From assembly GCA_030141605.1 (NCBI GenBank), contig JAQGDQ010000153.1, positions 372,001-436,000 of the forward strand: a stretch of 64,000 nt of DNA, in the 5' to 3' direction. Position 1 is the first letter of the stretch. The number at the start of each line of letters is the position of its first letter. The notes below the pieces were generated by a model, which was not told the origin of the DNA, searched no databases, and was given only the letters and a program-made list of their open reading frames with translations. Positions 28,101-41,544 of the stretch are shown piece by piece. The position numbers were made by a program, and so were the translations under genes. Source of the stretch: Tubiluchus corallicola. Lineage: Eukaryota > Animalia > Priapulida.

Positions 28101-31100
28101 TTAGTTAGAATCACTCGTGTGGGCGACCTAACATCGCAAATGCTGAAATTGTCGGCCATCTATAAAGTATGAACTTTTGACTCACAGTATAATCACAGTA
28201 TACAAGGTAGCTTAGTGGTTACGGCTTCGGAACTGTAAGTTGAAGGTCTCTTGTTCCAATGCAAGCTGTGTTCCACTTTTCGCATTTCTTGCCGTTCATG
28301 TTTGGTAGCAAAATTTAATTAATTGTGGGTTTGTGCCGTCGTTTATACCAATTATACAATAATCAGTATCACTGCCATAGATATGTCCATCGTTCTTGGT
28401 GCATCAAGCAGGATAAGATCATTTGGAAACAGTAAAAAAATTTGATAATTTAGTAGAATCCCTCAGTCATTCGATAACCGTCTTGTCCTCATCGTAATCT
28501 ACTGTGTCTTTTTAAGCAACAAGCATAACCCATTTAGTCCAGCAAAATGATTTTCTGTTATTTTAGACGTAAATGAATGTGAATCCGACCAACCAGTTTG
28601 CGCAACAGAAGCAATTTGCTTCAACACACCTGGAAGTTTTACTTGTCTTTGCCCTGTAGGATGGAAGTTATCTAGAAATGGCAGCACTTGTGTAGGTAAA
28701 TGTGATTTTTTTATTTTGAAAGATTGTACTGGTCAGTTTTCTACAGGAAAAGCTGGTTGGTGGAGAAAGGAATTCACATTTTTCTTTTCCACCTATTTGT
28801 CAATCTGTCTTTTTCTTGTTCGTCTCTGTTCTATTTTCTCCAATTTTTGATGCCTTTCATGTTAAATCTATAAATTAATGTAATATTGATTTTGGATACT
28901 GGGTAATATTGATGATTGGTAATGGATGGCATGTTCTTTCAGAGGAAGCGTGTCCTGGACTTGAACAAGTGCCACACGCGGTATTTCGATGCAACAGCGG
29001 TTTCCTAGGACGCGGCACTATCTGCTATTACAGATGCAAGCCAGGTTACAGAATGATAGGATCAGGTTTATTTAGATGTTCCAAATCAAAGCAGTGGTTG
29101 GGTATAAAACCAATATGCGTAGGTTAGTTGACCTAGCTTAGCCTAGTTTATTTGTAATTGCCAAAGCTTGTTCTTATTGAGGCGGTTACTTGAAAATAGT
29201 TTAAAAATACCACTAAAATTATTAAAGTTATTTTCAATCGTTTTGATTAAACTCTTCGCACAAGATTTCTCTGGAAAGAGAAATGTACCTTTAACTTTTT
29301 CTGGAAAAAAGACTATTTTTTGAGCAATACACTAAACAAGTAAAGCGTTTGATAAATCCCGTTCATGGTTAGGGGTTCCAGAATTAAATTTAAGAGGCGG
29401 GAGTATATATATATATACTTTAGCATAATAGATATATATGTTTATACATATAACTTTAACATATATATATATACGTTAAAGTTATATGTATAAACATATA
29501 TATATCTATTATGCTAAAGTTAAGATAGTTACATTATAGCACAGATATGCGCTATACAATATCAAAGTTGCTTTTTTAATATAAATTACATATGACGTAT
29601 CGCAAAAACCACACTCAAGAGTGTGTTAATATAATCACAGTTGATTAATAATACCTCTATAGCAATTCATATTAAATTATGCACTAATATCTGCCTGCAG
29701 GTTCGGAGGCTCAGGTCGAATATTCAAAACCAGTGGACAACTGGAGTTGTTTGATGAATGCAATTTTAATTTCAAATGAAATCAGTAGGCTATCTAAGCT
29801 GTTCTTCCTTCCTAGACTTAGATTATTAATTTTCCACAATGTAATCTGGTGCATACAAGTCGCGCTGAAAGCCTAGCTTGACAGGCCAACCTGTACGTGG
29901 AAATTATATAATTATAATAATAAAAAAGAGAACGAGTAAATAACATGCAAAAATGTGACGTGAATGAAATGATGACATAAATTATAGTGTTGAAATGGTG
30001 TATTGTATTGATGCTAAATATATACTAACAATCTCGTGTACATACACACATATGAGTGTAGGGAAGGAAGATGAGCAGAAGACGAGACTGGTGTGATAAC
30101 TAAAAATGATATTTTCCCGAAACCTGTTTAGAACACTCGTTTGTTGCTAAGAATGTGTAGAAGTTGTTGGTGATCGCCATCATCAAATCTTTTAATTTTT
30201 AAATATCTTTGAAATATACCTTTTTCAAAACGCCTTTTAAAAATCGATAGGGAAAGACTACATTTTATCTCATTATTTATTTTCTTCTATAAAACTGGTC
30301 CCGTACGGGTTTATATTCTGATTCAGTTTTATGAGTCTTGTTTATTAGTGAGGGGTGCATTTAATTTTTTTATTAATGCTTACTAAAGCAGCAGTAGTGA
30401 CCCAGGTTTTTCGCCGTATTTTGTTTGTTAGAGCTCTTTTGTAATTTAATATGTTTAGAATGCAGAGAGATTCGTATAAAATAAGTTATATGCGTCCTCA
30501 ATGTTAGTTGTCAAATATAAAACTATCCAGTCACAATTTTTTCAATCCTGTATAATTTTGTTTTTTGATAATTATAAAGATATCGGCGTGTGTATTCGTT
30601 GCTAAATGTATAATTTTCGAGATTTTTTATAAAAAAAATTGGAAGATGATCTGTTTTATAGGTCAAAAAGATACCGGATTTACATTTATAACGTAGCATT
30701 TTACGTTATATTTATAACGTAGTAAATCATTCTTGTTATAATTAAGAGGAAAATATTTACAATAATTTTAGTGAAGTTTATTAAGCGTCTCAAGCACAGA
30801 GTCATCAACAGCGTCATGGAAACCATGTGTACACACGCTTGAACACGTACTTCTTACACACGCACACACGCACGCACACACGCACACACACACACATTCG
30901 TACATAAATTACCTATTGAGAATATCAAATGTTCATAACGACTAACGTCCCCGTATCCACACAACCATGTCAACAAAAGAAGGAAAAATGAACTGATTAC
31001 TTTCTGATTCGACAAGTTATGATTTAATAATATTGTCGTGTTCTGTATCAGCGTAACGCAGTTACAAAAATAACTATAAATTACGTTGGTTTACTAAGTA

Positions 31101-34100
31101 AAAACGTGAACGTGGGCAACGAAAAACGTACTCAACTTTAGCAAGTAAATTATTAGTTATTAATACATTATCGGAAAACATGAGGTAAAGTAACATAGTT
31201 ACAATTTTTCTGATTCTGCAGGTTATAAATTATATGTAAAGTAGAATTTATAGTATTAGTTAATGTTCTGAAAGGAAAGGTCATTCTTTGCAAACAACTA
31301 ATGCAAATTCGTTCCTATTCAAGAAAAAAGTACGAGCATTTTAACTTCATATTTTCTGGCATCCAAATTTTGTGGCGGGAAGTGGGCCTGGGAAAGTATC
31401 TTTACTTTCCAGAAACTATATTTTTGTCGTGAATAAATTTATTTTAGAAATTTAATTACGACAAACAATACTTTCATGGAAAAGAAGTTGATTTATTTTA
31501 ACATTGTTAAACTACATGATATTTTTCACTGCTTAGATTTAGGATATGGTTTAGCCTTTATGCAGTCATTTTCAGAATTCCCCCATGCACTGTCTACTGT
31601 GTCCGACACCTCTGTTCATGGTATGATAGATTATAGTGATGTTTTCGAATTTCTGTAGATATTGACGAGTGCGCTGAAAGAACTCACAACTGCGCCCATA
31701 CATGTAAAAACGTGAGAGCTGGTTATTTATGTACCTGCAGACGAGGATGGGTTATTGCCAGAGATGGCAGGAGTTGTATAGGTATGATGAGATGTAACCT
31801 AAAGTATTATAGGAAGTAATGTTACAAATGTATTTACAAACGGTCCTGAATTATCGCCAGAAGTGTAAATTTGTGTACTATTCTTATATATTTATCTAGC
31901 TATTCTTAAATCTAAAATTATAGGGCGTTATATTATGATTACATACTCAGTTAATACAAAAGGAGTTGGATGATTACTAGAGCAATAATTAAAAATCGAA
32001 GTACTAAAATTAGTGTACACGATCTTATGTAAGCTTGTGTGCTAGTTTTGACTTCTGAGCTGATACAAAAAAATAAAGTTATTTGCGTATTTGTCTAAGA
32101 AGAACATTGTGCAAGATTACGTAAAATTATTTTGCAAAAAAAGAAGCGGTGTAGATGGGCTAAACCACTGGTCAGTTCAGCTGTAATTACTGTGGAAAAT
32201 GCTCAAGGCAAGAACTGGACTTTTGTTGACATAAAGAACTAATTATGATAGCGATATAAGGATATATATTCCTATCATATATATGATAGCGATATAAGGA
32301 TATATATTCCTATCATATATGTGTGTGTGTGTGTGTGTGCGTGTGCGTGTGCGTGTGCGTGTATGATGGGAAGTGCATATGTCTGTCTTTCAGACAGAAA
32401 CTGTTAAATGTATCTTTTACTTTTATTATTTAAAGATTTATTTTTTGCATGAAACAGACGAAGACCCACCAAAGTTCTCAGACTGTCCAGGATCCAGAAG
32501 GGTGATAACAGATCCTTACAGCCCATTCGCAAGGATTCAATGGACGACGCCCTCTGCGACCGATCTCCAAACCAGTGTGCACAATTTTACACTTTCTCTG
32601 TCGTCATCGTCGTTATCTTCTGACTTGTATTTAATTCCTGTGACGCAGATCTACGATTTTCCAATTGGCATAACTACTGTTCAGTATAAAGCAATAGATG
32701 GGTCGGGGGTCGAAAAAATATGCGTTTTTAACGTAACTGTCATAGGTAAGTATCTAGCTGTATGCAACTTAGTATTAGTTTACGCTTCTAGTACTGACGC
32801 AAAGCATAAAGAAAATTGGAAGATTTTTCACATCCTAGCCCACTTTGAAGTACGGTAAAAAGTATACATTTTAACACCTATATATCAAAGCGCTTCTGAT
32901 AATTACATAATTGGTTAAAAACTTAGTAACGACGGGCAAACCTAGCTAGTGATGACGTCACAAATGAACACAATTTTTAACAGCACAAACATTCCATGAA
33001 CGTGTCGCAGGTGTTTGCGAAAGGTTGTAATTGTGAAGATTGTGAATTAAAGTGCTATTGTCAACATTCAGTGTGATATACAAAACCTCTGCAACTTTTT
33101 TGTTTTCTGTTTCAAGTTTCAAGTTTACCGCTATGCTCACGCGTGAGTTCACGAATGTGCACACAACGTCAAAACTGAACACGCTTGAACTCAGAGGTAT
33201 TTAGCTAGCGCATAGCGAAATGCATGTATCAGCGTAGTACTAGCTCGCGAGCGCGAAATTACATTCTTCTGGTAATAATTCTTTCGTGCAAGTCATTCTT
33301 GAAAAGCCATTATGTTCCATTTTAATATTTTATTAGGCAAAGTATTTTGAGCAGCAGGATCCTGTTTTTCCTTTAAGCCTACTGCCTTCAAATTAACACA
33401 GCATTCTGGCTATGCGTTGTCACTAGAGTTAACATTTCTAGAAATTATTACTGACGCTGGGTTTCTTCACGCAGTACTGCTAATTTTTTGTGCGAGGGGG
33501 AATTTTCCCTTCTACATTATGCCGTTGGCTGTGAAGCTCAGTAAATGGAGGCTTGGCAAGCAAATTGACTGGTGGCTGCAGCTTATTTATCATACTCCTT
33601 CTGGCTATTTCTCTTACTGATGTAAGGATGAATACATGTGGAGGTGGCAAAATCACCTCTGCTGGTTGACTGCCTTATCTCAGAGAATTATTTTTAGTAA
33701 TTCTGGCTTACAATTTTGCCGAAGTGTGTATAAAAGTATCAACAAGTTATTAATAGCCATCATTAGTTTGAGTGATTTCTAGCGCCTTTGGGAATTATCT
33801 ATATAGAACATTACCATTATATTTATCGCCCATGTGTATGATACGCTATTAAGAATAGTAGTGTGCTGAATTGTCAATAAATTATTATATTAAAATTTTC
33901 AACGCTTGGGAAAGCTGCAGCCTAGAGGCAAAGAAGGAAAGACATTAGTTTTCATTTAACTAAACATACTAGATGGGGGACATTTAATGAAAACGTTGTT
34001 AGTATTTGCCAAATATCAAATATTCTTACAGATTTTAATGATTGCTAAATCTCAGCAAACATTTTTAAACATAAAATTTAACCTTAAAAGAAACAAGCCA

Positions 34101-36413
34101 CGCGTGACAAATGAAGAAAAATTTGTTTCTAATCATAAAAATATGTGACAAACAAATTGTTATATTATTAAAACTTTGATGTCATTGTAACCCAAATTCA
34201 TAAAACAATGAATTAGAGAAACAAGTCTTTAAAATATGATAATAACGAATGCGATAGCCAACTATTTTTAACGCATAAAGTGTTTCTTCTTTCACAGATA
34301 GTGAGCCACCAACTGTCAAAAATTGCCCTGATGATATTAAGGTGATTGACAAAGAATTCAGTGACGCCGTTCAAGTGACGTGGCAGGATCCAAAGTTTCA
34401 AGACAACTCTGGCTTTGTGACAGTGAACGAAAGTATCCCGAGCAAGAGAATGTTTGACATTGGTGAACATCAGGTTAGTTATGCTGCTAAAGACGCCAGT
34501 GGAAACGAAGTTGCCTGCACATTCTCTGTGACCGTGCGTAGTAAGTTTATAACAAAATGATAAATTATTGTTGGCATACTCGTATTATTTATTCTTGTAC
34601 TATGACTGAACTTTCTTAATTCCTACAATTTGTTTATCACGAAAATGATATAGCATCGTCACTGTCATTAGCAACTTTATTTCTGTTACCGCTGAGAAAC
34701 TTATAGATAATATCCTCTTCATAAGTATTTTGATCATTATTACAACGAAGGCCAACAGGTTGTGAATAAATTTATAGATGATATATTTTGGACAAAAATG
34801 ATGCTGAAGGACCAGAGATCATATTCGCATGATGACGATGATGATTATCGTTATCGTCATCTTGACCAGTAGAAGCAGCAGCAATATGTGGTCTTATTCT
34901 GAGCTGTGGATTGATGTCACTTGTTGTTTACTTGCAGGACCAGAATGTCCAGAGCCTCCATGCCCAGTGAATGGTTATGTCAAGTGCAGTGGTAGGCAGC
35001 AGGGCGATGTTTGTCATGTGTTTTGCGAAGAAGGATTTTACTTTTTTGATCCCGCCAGTGAGAGATATGTGTGTTCTACTGATTTTATGTGGTCCCCCAA
35101 TTATGCGCCACAGTGCATGCGTAAGTTGAATATTGTTACTATTTTAAGAAACATCGATGCTATAATGAACACGTGCCTGTTGTTAAGCATTATTGTTACG
35201 AAAAATAGTAATTGTATGAATTACTGTTTATTTGAATTATTTTTTCCAGCTACCATTGAACCATTAGCCGCAAGGCTAGGATATAGTGTGAAGATGGACA
35301 GCATCTCAAAAATATGCCCGCTAAACGAAAGCACAGCTTTTCTAATGGCGACCCAGTTGCAAATGAACAAGTTTGAGAACTTGTGTCCGGAAGACCGCAA
35401 GTGCAAAGTTGATGCTCTCGCAGTAACGTGTTCGGAAACCGGTGGAGTTCCATTTAATGTCAACTTTACCATTGCTGGGAACATTCTGAATGCAGGAAAA
35501 GTCTTGGCAGATAAAATGAATACAACATTGGCTCTTAGCACATATAGTGGTCACACATACGTTATGCTGTTATCAGTTAAAAGCCACCTGTACAGTCCAC
35601 TTCCAGATCCTGATGGCCGCAAACTTCTACCGAAACTGCATTTGACATGTCCGAATGGATATGCGCAGCGAAAGGAAACATGTGGTAAGTAAAATCATTA
35701 TTCAAGACAAATGGACACACGTGTAAACTGGACTGAACAAGCATCATTGTCCAAAAAATTTAAAAGCTTTTTTCGTTTGACTGCCATGTGGTTAGTTGAT
35801 ATGGAACTGTGTACTCACAAGTTTCGACATCAATTTTTTGCACTTTCAGAAACCCACTTGTTCACGCCAAGCACTTGTATCTGGCGCTGCTGAACACGAT
35901 ACAACAGAATTGCATTTTTTAAATTCTTTTGTAGTATATCTTTCATGTACTAACTTCAGCAGTTAACTCCTCTAAGCATTTTTGGTGGTTTAAGAGTTTT
36001 ACGTAATGGTATAGGAAGATGAGAGGCCTGAAGCGACCTCAATGAATATCCAATCCAGTGCAGTCTTCCTAATTGGATTTGTTTGTTCCGAGGGTCTTTC
36101 ATCACATCATCCTGATTGTCATTGAATATTTGATCAAAACGTTTGATACCTAATAGCTTTCTATATAGACGCATCTATACTTTGAGAAGCATCTATTTCT
36201 TTTTTCTGTTTAAACTTTTTCGATTCAGTCGTAACTGCTACCAATTGACTGACACAGTTTGCGTGTCAATGTTCTACACTTTCAGTGACCAAAAGCCATG
36301 AAGACGGACTTTGTTACTGATGACTTCTTATTGTGTAGGTGTCTCAACGCTGAACTAAATCTGAATATTTTTGTGTTTCAGTTCTCTGTCCTCTGGGAAG
36401 GGAGTGTGCTTAA
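23078..36413 (+). CDS. Secreted EGF / Ca-binding EGF / Sushi / HYR mosaic protein (SVEP1/polydom-like), 13 coding exons, ~979 aa, one apparent frameshift
   Basis: Exons: 23078-23456 (signal peptide [28 protein letters not shown]), 24506-25091 (low-complexity region + [15 protein letters not shown]; frameshift at ~24918-24930), 25565-25681 EGF, 26445-26567, 27909-28031 and 28567-28695 cbEGF (DINEC/DVDEC/DVNEC), 28943-29122 Sushi, 31659-31781 cbEGF, 32458-32745 and 34298-34540 HYR, 34938-35120 Sushi, 35250-35684 linker, 36382-36413 ([10 protein letters not shown]). All introns are phase 1, typical of shuffled extracellular modules. Confidence 0.88.
23650..23850 (+). mobile_element. tRNA-derived SINE
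   Basis: Pol III A-box-like TGGCGTAGCTCAAAGGTAG and B-box-like GGTTCAACTTCC in a tRNA-like head; 3' CCATGGAAATAAG..GAAATAAAC and an (ATT)n tail. No intact cloverleaf. Confidence 0.65.
25152..25196. repeat. (TTA)n microsatellite
   Basis: Directly visible. Confidence 0.95.
28203..28280 (+). mobile_element. Degenerate tRNA-derived SINE head
   Basis: TAGCTTAGTGGTTA A-box and a degenerate B-box (TGTTCCAATG). Confidence 0.4.
29417..29520. repeat. Near-perfect inverted repeat (44-bp stem)
   Basis: 29417-29460 is the reverse complement of 29475-29520 except for one extra AT unit. Confidence 0.95.
32246..32321. repeat. 38-bp tandem duplication
   Basis: ATGATAGCGATATAAGGATATATATTCCTATCATATAT occurs twice, followed by (GT)n. 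Confidence 0.9.
35955..36180 (-). mobile_element. RTE-like LINE 3' fragment
   Basis: [30 protein letters not shown] resembles the RTE C-terminal RRL.W.GH..R motif. Confidence 0.5.
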
Positions 36414-36502
36414 CGTCGAAATTCTAGCGGAAATTTTTGTATGCATCACAAGTAATGCTGGCCTAATGTTTTTCAAAGCTACTAACAGTAATTGATATGT
36501 CT

Positions 36503-36508
36503 AATAAA
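36503..36508 (+). terminator. Candidate poly(A) signal of the EGF/HYR gene
   Basis: AATAAA 90 nt after the stop. Confidence 0.35.
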
Positions 36509-37767
36509 TCGAAGCTAAAATGATTTAATTTTTAATTTATTATAAACGTCTAGCAGTCGTAGGAAAGACGTGTAATGTGTCCAGTGTCCACATTTCAAAA
36601 TCGATTGACTGTAATGCACAAAGATTATACTTTAATGTTATTTTACTAAATATTCTATACTCATGCAAATTAAAGTTTCAGTACGTAAGCGCTCCAGGAA
36701 TTTTAATTTACAACTATTTATATAATGTAAAGACTATTCCAAGAATGACGTATGCCTAATGTACTATTGATGATTTTGAAAATGAAAGTATCTAAAGGTG
36801 CTTAAAACCAAATACTTTTTGTATAACTATAGATATTTTATTTTTGTAATTTTATGCAAATTACACGCACTCATCAAAATTATACTTGGCAGTACGTTTG
36901 AAAAGATTTTTAAGCTTTCAAATAATACACATTTTTCTCGTAACTGGTACAGTGCCTCGGTTTTTTATTGAAATAGACTTGATACACAAGCAGTACGTGA
37001 ATAGTACGTAACAACACATGCAAACAGTACTTCTGAGTTTCCGCATAGATATCAACAAATCTCTTGGTCCAAAATGTTGTCAGGAAACCACATATAGATC
37101 CTTTGTTCCCCGATGTAAAGGCGATATAAGATATCATTTTGTATTGAAAGTCTTTGGTGGATGTTAAGGTTTAGAAATGCTGCTGAGTATATCCGTTTAC
37201 AACAACGAGACTGACATAATACAGATTTGTTAGGAATAATTTTGGAAACGAAATGAAGTGTGTCGAAACTGATGTTTAAATCCCTGGTTTTTGATAAAGC
37301 TTAATTTTATACTGCAAAAAAACATTAGACTGAGTTTAGTGATCTGAAAGTTTTCGAATGATCTACTAGCAGCAGGCTGAAATTCGTGTGTTATTAGTGT
37401 TTATTGCATGGATTAGGTTAGGTATGCGACACTGTAAAGAGAAAGAAGTAATGTAAAACAAGAACACGCGATTAAAATACTTATTTACCATGATGACAGC
37501 ATAATATGAATGTGCGTTAAATAGCTCTGATTAAAAATAGGAACAAGTTTTGCGTAAAGGCTATTTTTCCTACCTTGAAGAGCTCATTTGTCTCGTCACA
37601 TAGTACAAATGGTTATATGATTGAACTAGGGATGCTTATACAAACAGAAAAAATACAATGCCTTGCGTTCAATTGAAGAGGCGTTTGGTCAATATGGCAA
37701 GTATAAATGCTAAGCCTGGGAATTTCCTGAAACCAGGTAACTGGACAAGCTTTTACGTTTATGTCCC

Positions 37768-37946
<179 letters not shown>

Positions 37947-38544
37947 GTCTCTGCTCTTCCAAAAAATACTCAGTCGCTATAATTTGTAAAAGCCACAGGT
38001 GAAATACATTTTCGTCATTCATATCGGCCATTTTGAAAACACACGGCGCTGCGTACACCCGTTCATACTTTTTACATCTTGCGTTTGCGTTACGCAGGTC
38101 TTATGTATAGGCCTTATATTTCCACGCGCGTATTTTAAGCATATTGTATCATTTTACTTTAACCTAAAGTTCTCGAACGTTCTGTGCAGTCAACCATTAT
38201 TAATGGCTTCCATTTTGCTTATGAGTAACATGATAGCGCTGGCGTTGTGCGTTGTTTACTTGAAGCATGGCGTTGGTACATAATATATAGAAAATAGAAA
38301 ATATAGAAAATCACTGTAGGAAACATCTTATGAGCATCAGTCTGATGAGACGTTGTTGTCTCAGGTTGTCTTATCCAGTGGCGTAGCTATGACAACATGA
38401 GAGGCGGCATCAAAATGGAGCAATGCAAGACTTTCAGTTTTCATTATCGCTGCCATAAAATAAAGCTAGTCCGGAATGAGAAGCATTGGATTACTTGCTT
38501 GTTGAGTTTTTCCTGCCCTGTCTGGATATGTCATTTGTGTAAAA

Positions 38545-38810
38545 AATGGGCAATGGTATTTCCTTTATAAAACAAGTAAAAGGGCCATTAACCAGAAGTA
38601 CAAAATTACTCACTTTTACAAATGTGGTACATCCACTATTCATTTATGACTCTCTACTTCTCGCAAATCTATCAAAAACATCACTAGACAGAATCGACTC
38701 AACGCAAAATTGCGCAATAAGATACATTCTTGGCTCTTGGAGCAAAACATACAAGCAAAATTATTCTGCCACTTCAAACAGAAGAAAATTGCAATTAGCC
38801 ATGTCCAGTA
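38545..38810 (+). mobile_element. Decayed LINE post-RT fragment
   Basis: FTNVVHPLFIYDS..LDRIDSTQNCAIRYILG resembles the y.s.v.p.l.Y...L..lq..QN.A.R.I.G motif. Confidence 0.5.
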
Positions 38811-38999
38811 GGTCTATTATTTTGGATGTAAATAAAAAAGAAAGGGCACTGTAGTACAACTAGTAAAATTCAAATGCAAATAATTTTGGTCAGAGCAAAT
38901 CACGGACAGAGAGACGGGAAGCAATGAAGAGTGAGGAGGGAAACTCATTTTCTTTATTTCGAACAATTAAATTCATACCTTTACAAATACACACAATGT

Positions 39000-40070
39000 C
39001 ACAAAATACATACATAAATAAAAACACAAGTAAATGTTTAAATAACTTGATGCCACTATAAACTGCATTTAGCTAAAACCTAATTACATTTTAGTTCACA
39101 GCGTTTCCATACAACAGATTATGTACTTTGTTGCATATATAAAAAAGTTCGTCAGCAGTTTCTAATTCTAGAAGTTAAATGGACATCATTGTTAAACATC
39201 GTCAGACGAATCACATTGGAACTGTTGTTCGTACTTGTTAGTAAGCTATACACACACATTCTGCGCATTATACTAAAGTACTTAAAATCTAGTGTAGACA
39301 TAGGTCTAGCACTAAAATCATAGTCATAATTAAACATCTTTCTCACAGGTATATAATAGGCTACTTTTAACTTTTGCAGATTATAATCGCAAAAATTTCT
39401 CCATGTGGCCATGCAGCAAAAACTGCTACAGAAGGCAGCAAATAATTACTTCTTTACGTCATTAGTACAATCAGCAGATTTTCTAATAACTTTATTTGCT
39501 CTGCAATAAAACAAAGTACTTTGTTGAATAATATCTGGGTCATCTCCATTATCTTGAGAAATCATATGGCCGAGTTATTTTTCTTTATATCTGGGTGTTA
39601 AAACCAAATTATATAATCCAGCTGTAGCAAAAGTTTGATTCAACATTGTCTGATATCTGATAACAACCTGCTTAGTTCTATAGACATATCAAATTATTTG
39701 ACGAAATCGTGCTTAAGTGCAGAGGTCCTGGAACCAACAGACACGGATCACCTACATACACTAGATGGTTTGCAATGAAATGTTTGTAATTTGTGACTGA
39801 CCGTCGCGTTTTGCAACCGAATTAGTGCCAGTTTTAAACTCAGATAGAATCAGAGACATTTTAACATCTTGTTTGACTCTATTGTCAACTTTGAAAACAT
39901 CTGAGTGCTGGTGTCCCAATCTGATAAACAGGCCATGATTCACATACATGTAGTAATAAACCAATAGACGTATAACTATGGTAGGAATATCAGTTTTCAA
40001 CAGTTTGAAATAGTTAAAGGTTTTTGATGCGTTTATGAAAATTACGTGAACACTACTTTGCCTTGTAACA
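39000..40070 (-). mobile_element. Decayed LINE RT fragment (RTE-X-like)
   Basis: IPTIVIRLLVYYY..IRLG..SDVFKVDNRVKQ matches the RT segment before GVRQG; downstream LGHMISQD and KLKVAY remnants. Confidence 0.6.
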
Positions 40071-40597
40071 TTTTAAAATTAAAAACGTAACCCTGCTTTT
40101 TTAATTAAAAAAAATCTTTATGGGTAAACGCTGTGAAACGAGTTTTCTGGGAAAAAATTTTCTGGCATTTTTTTTCTGGGAAGGTATTTTTTCACTCAAA
40201 CTAGTATCACAGTCTGTGAGTAAGCCCTAATGTTGAATTTTTCTAGTTTTAGTACCATTGCCCCACAGTCAGTCTTCCATTTTTTTAAAATTTCATCCGC
40301 GATTTCTTTTTCTGGCAACTGAATCTGGATGTTGCCCAGGGCTATTCTAAATGGTATTTCGAAGCGCGTTCGTACGAAGATAGCACTCAAATTATTCTTA
40401 ATGCTCGACTGCGCAATGCTTCTGTCCTGAACATTTTCAAGAAAGATCTCTTTTCTGGATAGTGTGTCCCTTGCCTGCGGAATCACTGGATTTGTAGTAT
40501 TCTTGCTAGTTTAATTAGACAATCTGCCGACTGCTCCGCTAAAGGAAAGTTTTGGTTGAGAGCAAAGTGAACCGAACCTAATTTAGGACACTCTACA

Positions 40598-40730
40598 TTT
40601 GGGCCTCCGATAATTGGGACCCAGATAATTTGGGCCCCAGACAATTTGAGCCCCAGACATTTGAGTCCCAAATATCACTGAGCTCAAATATTCGGGCTCA
40701 AATGCCACAGGCGCAAAAGTTTGGGGCTCC
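40598..40730. repeat. Degenerate ~15-16-bp tandem repeat (TTTGGGCCCCAGACAA-like)
   Basis: About eight diverged units visible. Confidence 0.75.
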
Positions 40731-40941
40731 GTAAACCAAATGAACGAAAATTATCTGAAATCGATTTTATGTTGTTATGCATCGATTGTCCATAATCATC
40801 ACAGGTATTAAATCGCTCCTGTCAAGGTTAAGTAACCGTATGACTTCTATGAACTTCACTTTGTCATCTTCAACACGAATCAAATTCTCGGCTACTGAAG
40901 TAAGGATACCGATAGGTTGAGTAGTTCAGAGTAGAGATTGG

Positions 40942-40948
<7 letters not shown>

Positions 40949-41004
<56 letters not shown>

Positions 41005-41020
41005 GAAGAGAGTGAGAAAG
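40949..41020. repeat. (GA)n microsatellite
   Basis: GA run with degenerate tail. Confidence 0.95.
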
Positions 41021-41159
41021 AATACGCATGACTGTTGTCATGTTTACCTACTTTGTCCATCTTCTTTATTAAAAGTTCCTGTCTAGTCTAGCAGATAACA
41101 AGTATAGTTTTACTCAGAGATACTTAATTAATCTAAATGGCTTTTCTGGAATTAACCAT

Positions 41160-41256
41160 AATATCCTGTGCGCATGCGTGCTTATCAAAAAGTTTTGTTT
41201 TCCCGTTTTTAAAACATTTTCAGTTCGCTCAGCACGTGTACAAAACAACAGTTTGT
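41160..41256 (+). promoter_or_regulatory. Putative promoter and non-coding first exon of the homeobox gene
   Basis: NRF1-like TGCGCATGCG, GATA site, Inr-like TCAGTT (41220), E-box CACGTG and donor |GTAAGT at 41257. An acceptor lies at 43182, just before the ATG. Confidence 0.4.
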
Positions 41257-41544
41257 GTAAGTTAAATATTATTGTCTAATATAAATGCACATTTGAGCAC
41301 TTAATGTGTATGGTTTGTATAGTTTGTATGGTTTTTTTGCGAGGCATGTAGGTGTTGTCGCTGGTTGTTGCGATTGTTTTTGTATTGCTGTTGCTGCTAC
41401 TTCTATTATTGGTGATCTAGCCGTTGCAGTTGTTGTCATTGTTGATGCAGTTGCCATAGTGCTGTTGTTATCGCTGCATCTGTTAATGTCGTTGTTTTAC
41501 TGTCGTTTTCGCTCTCTGTCATAATTTAACTCTGTCATATTTTT

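Noticed and set aside
38335-38370. CTGATGA followed by a stem, a possible hammerhead ribozyme
   Set aside because: No GAAA after the stem, and no stems I or III.
40598-40730. CRISPR-like periodic repeats
   Set aside because: Short contiguous degenerate units without unique spacers, in eukaryotic DNA with no cas genes.
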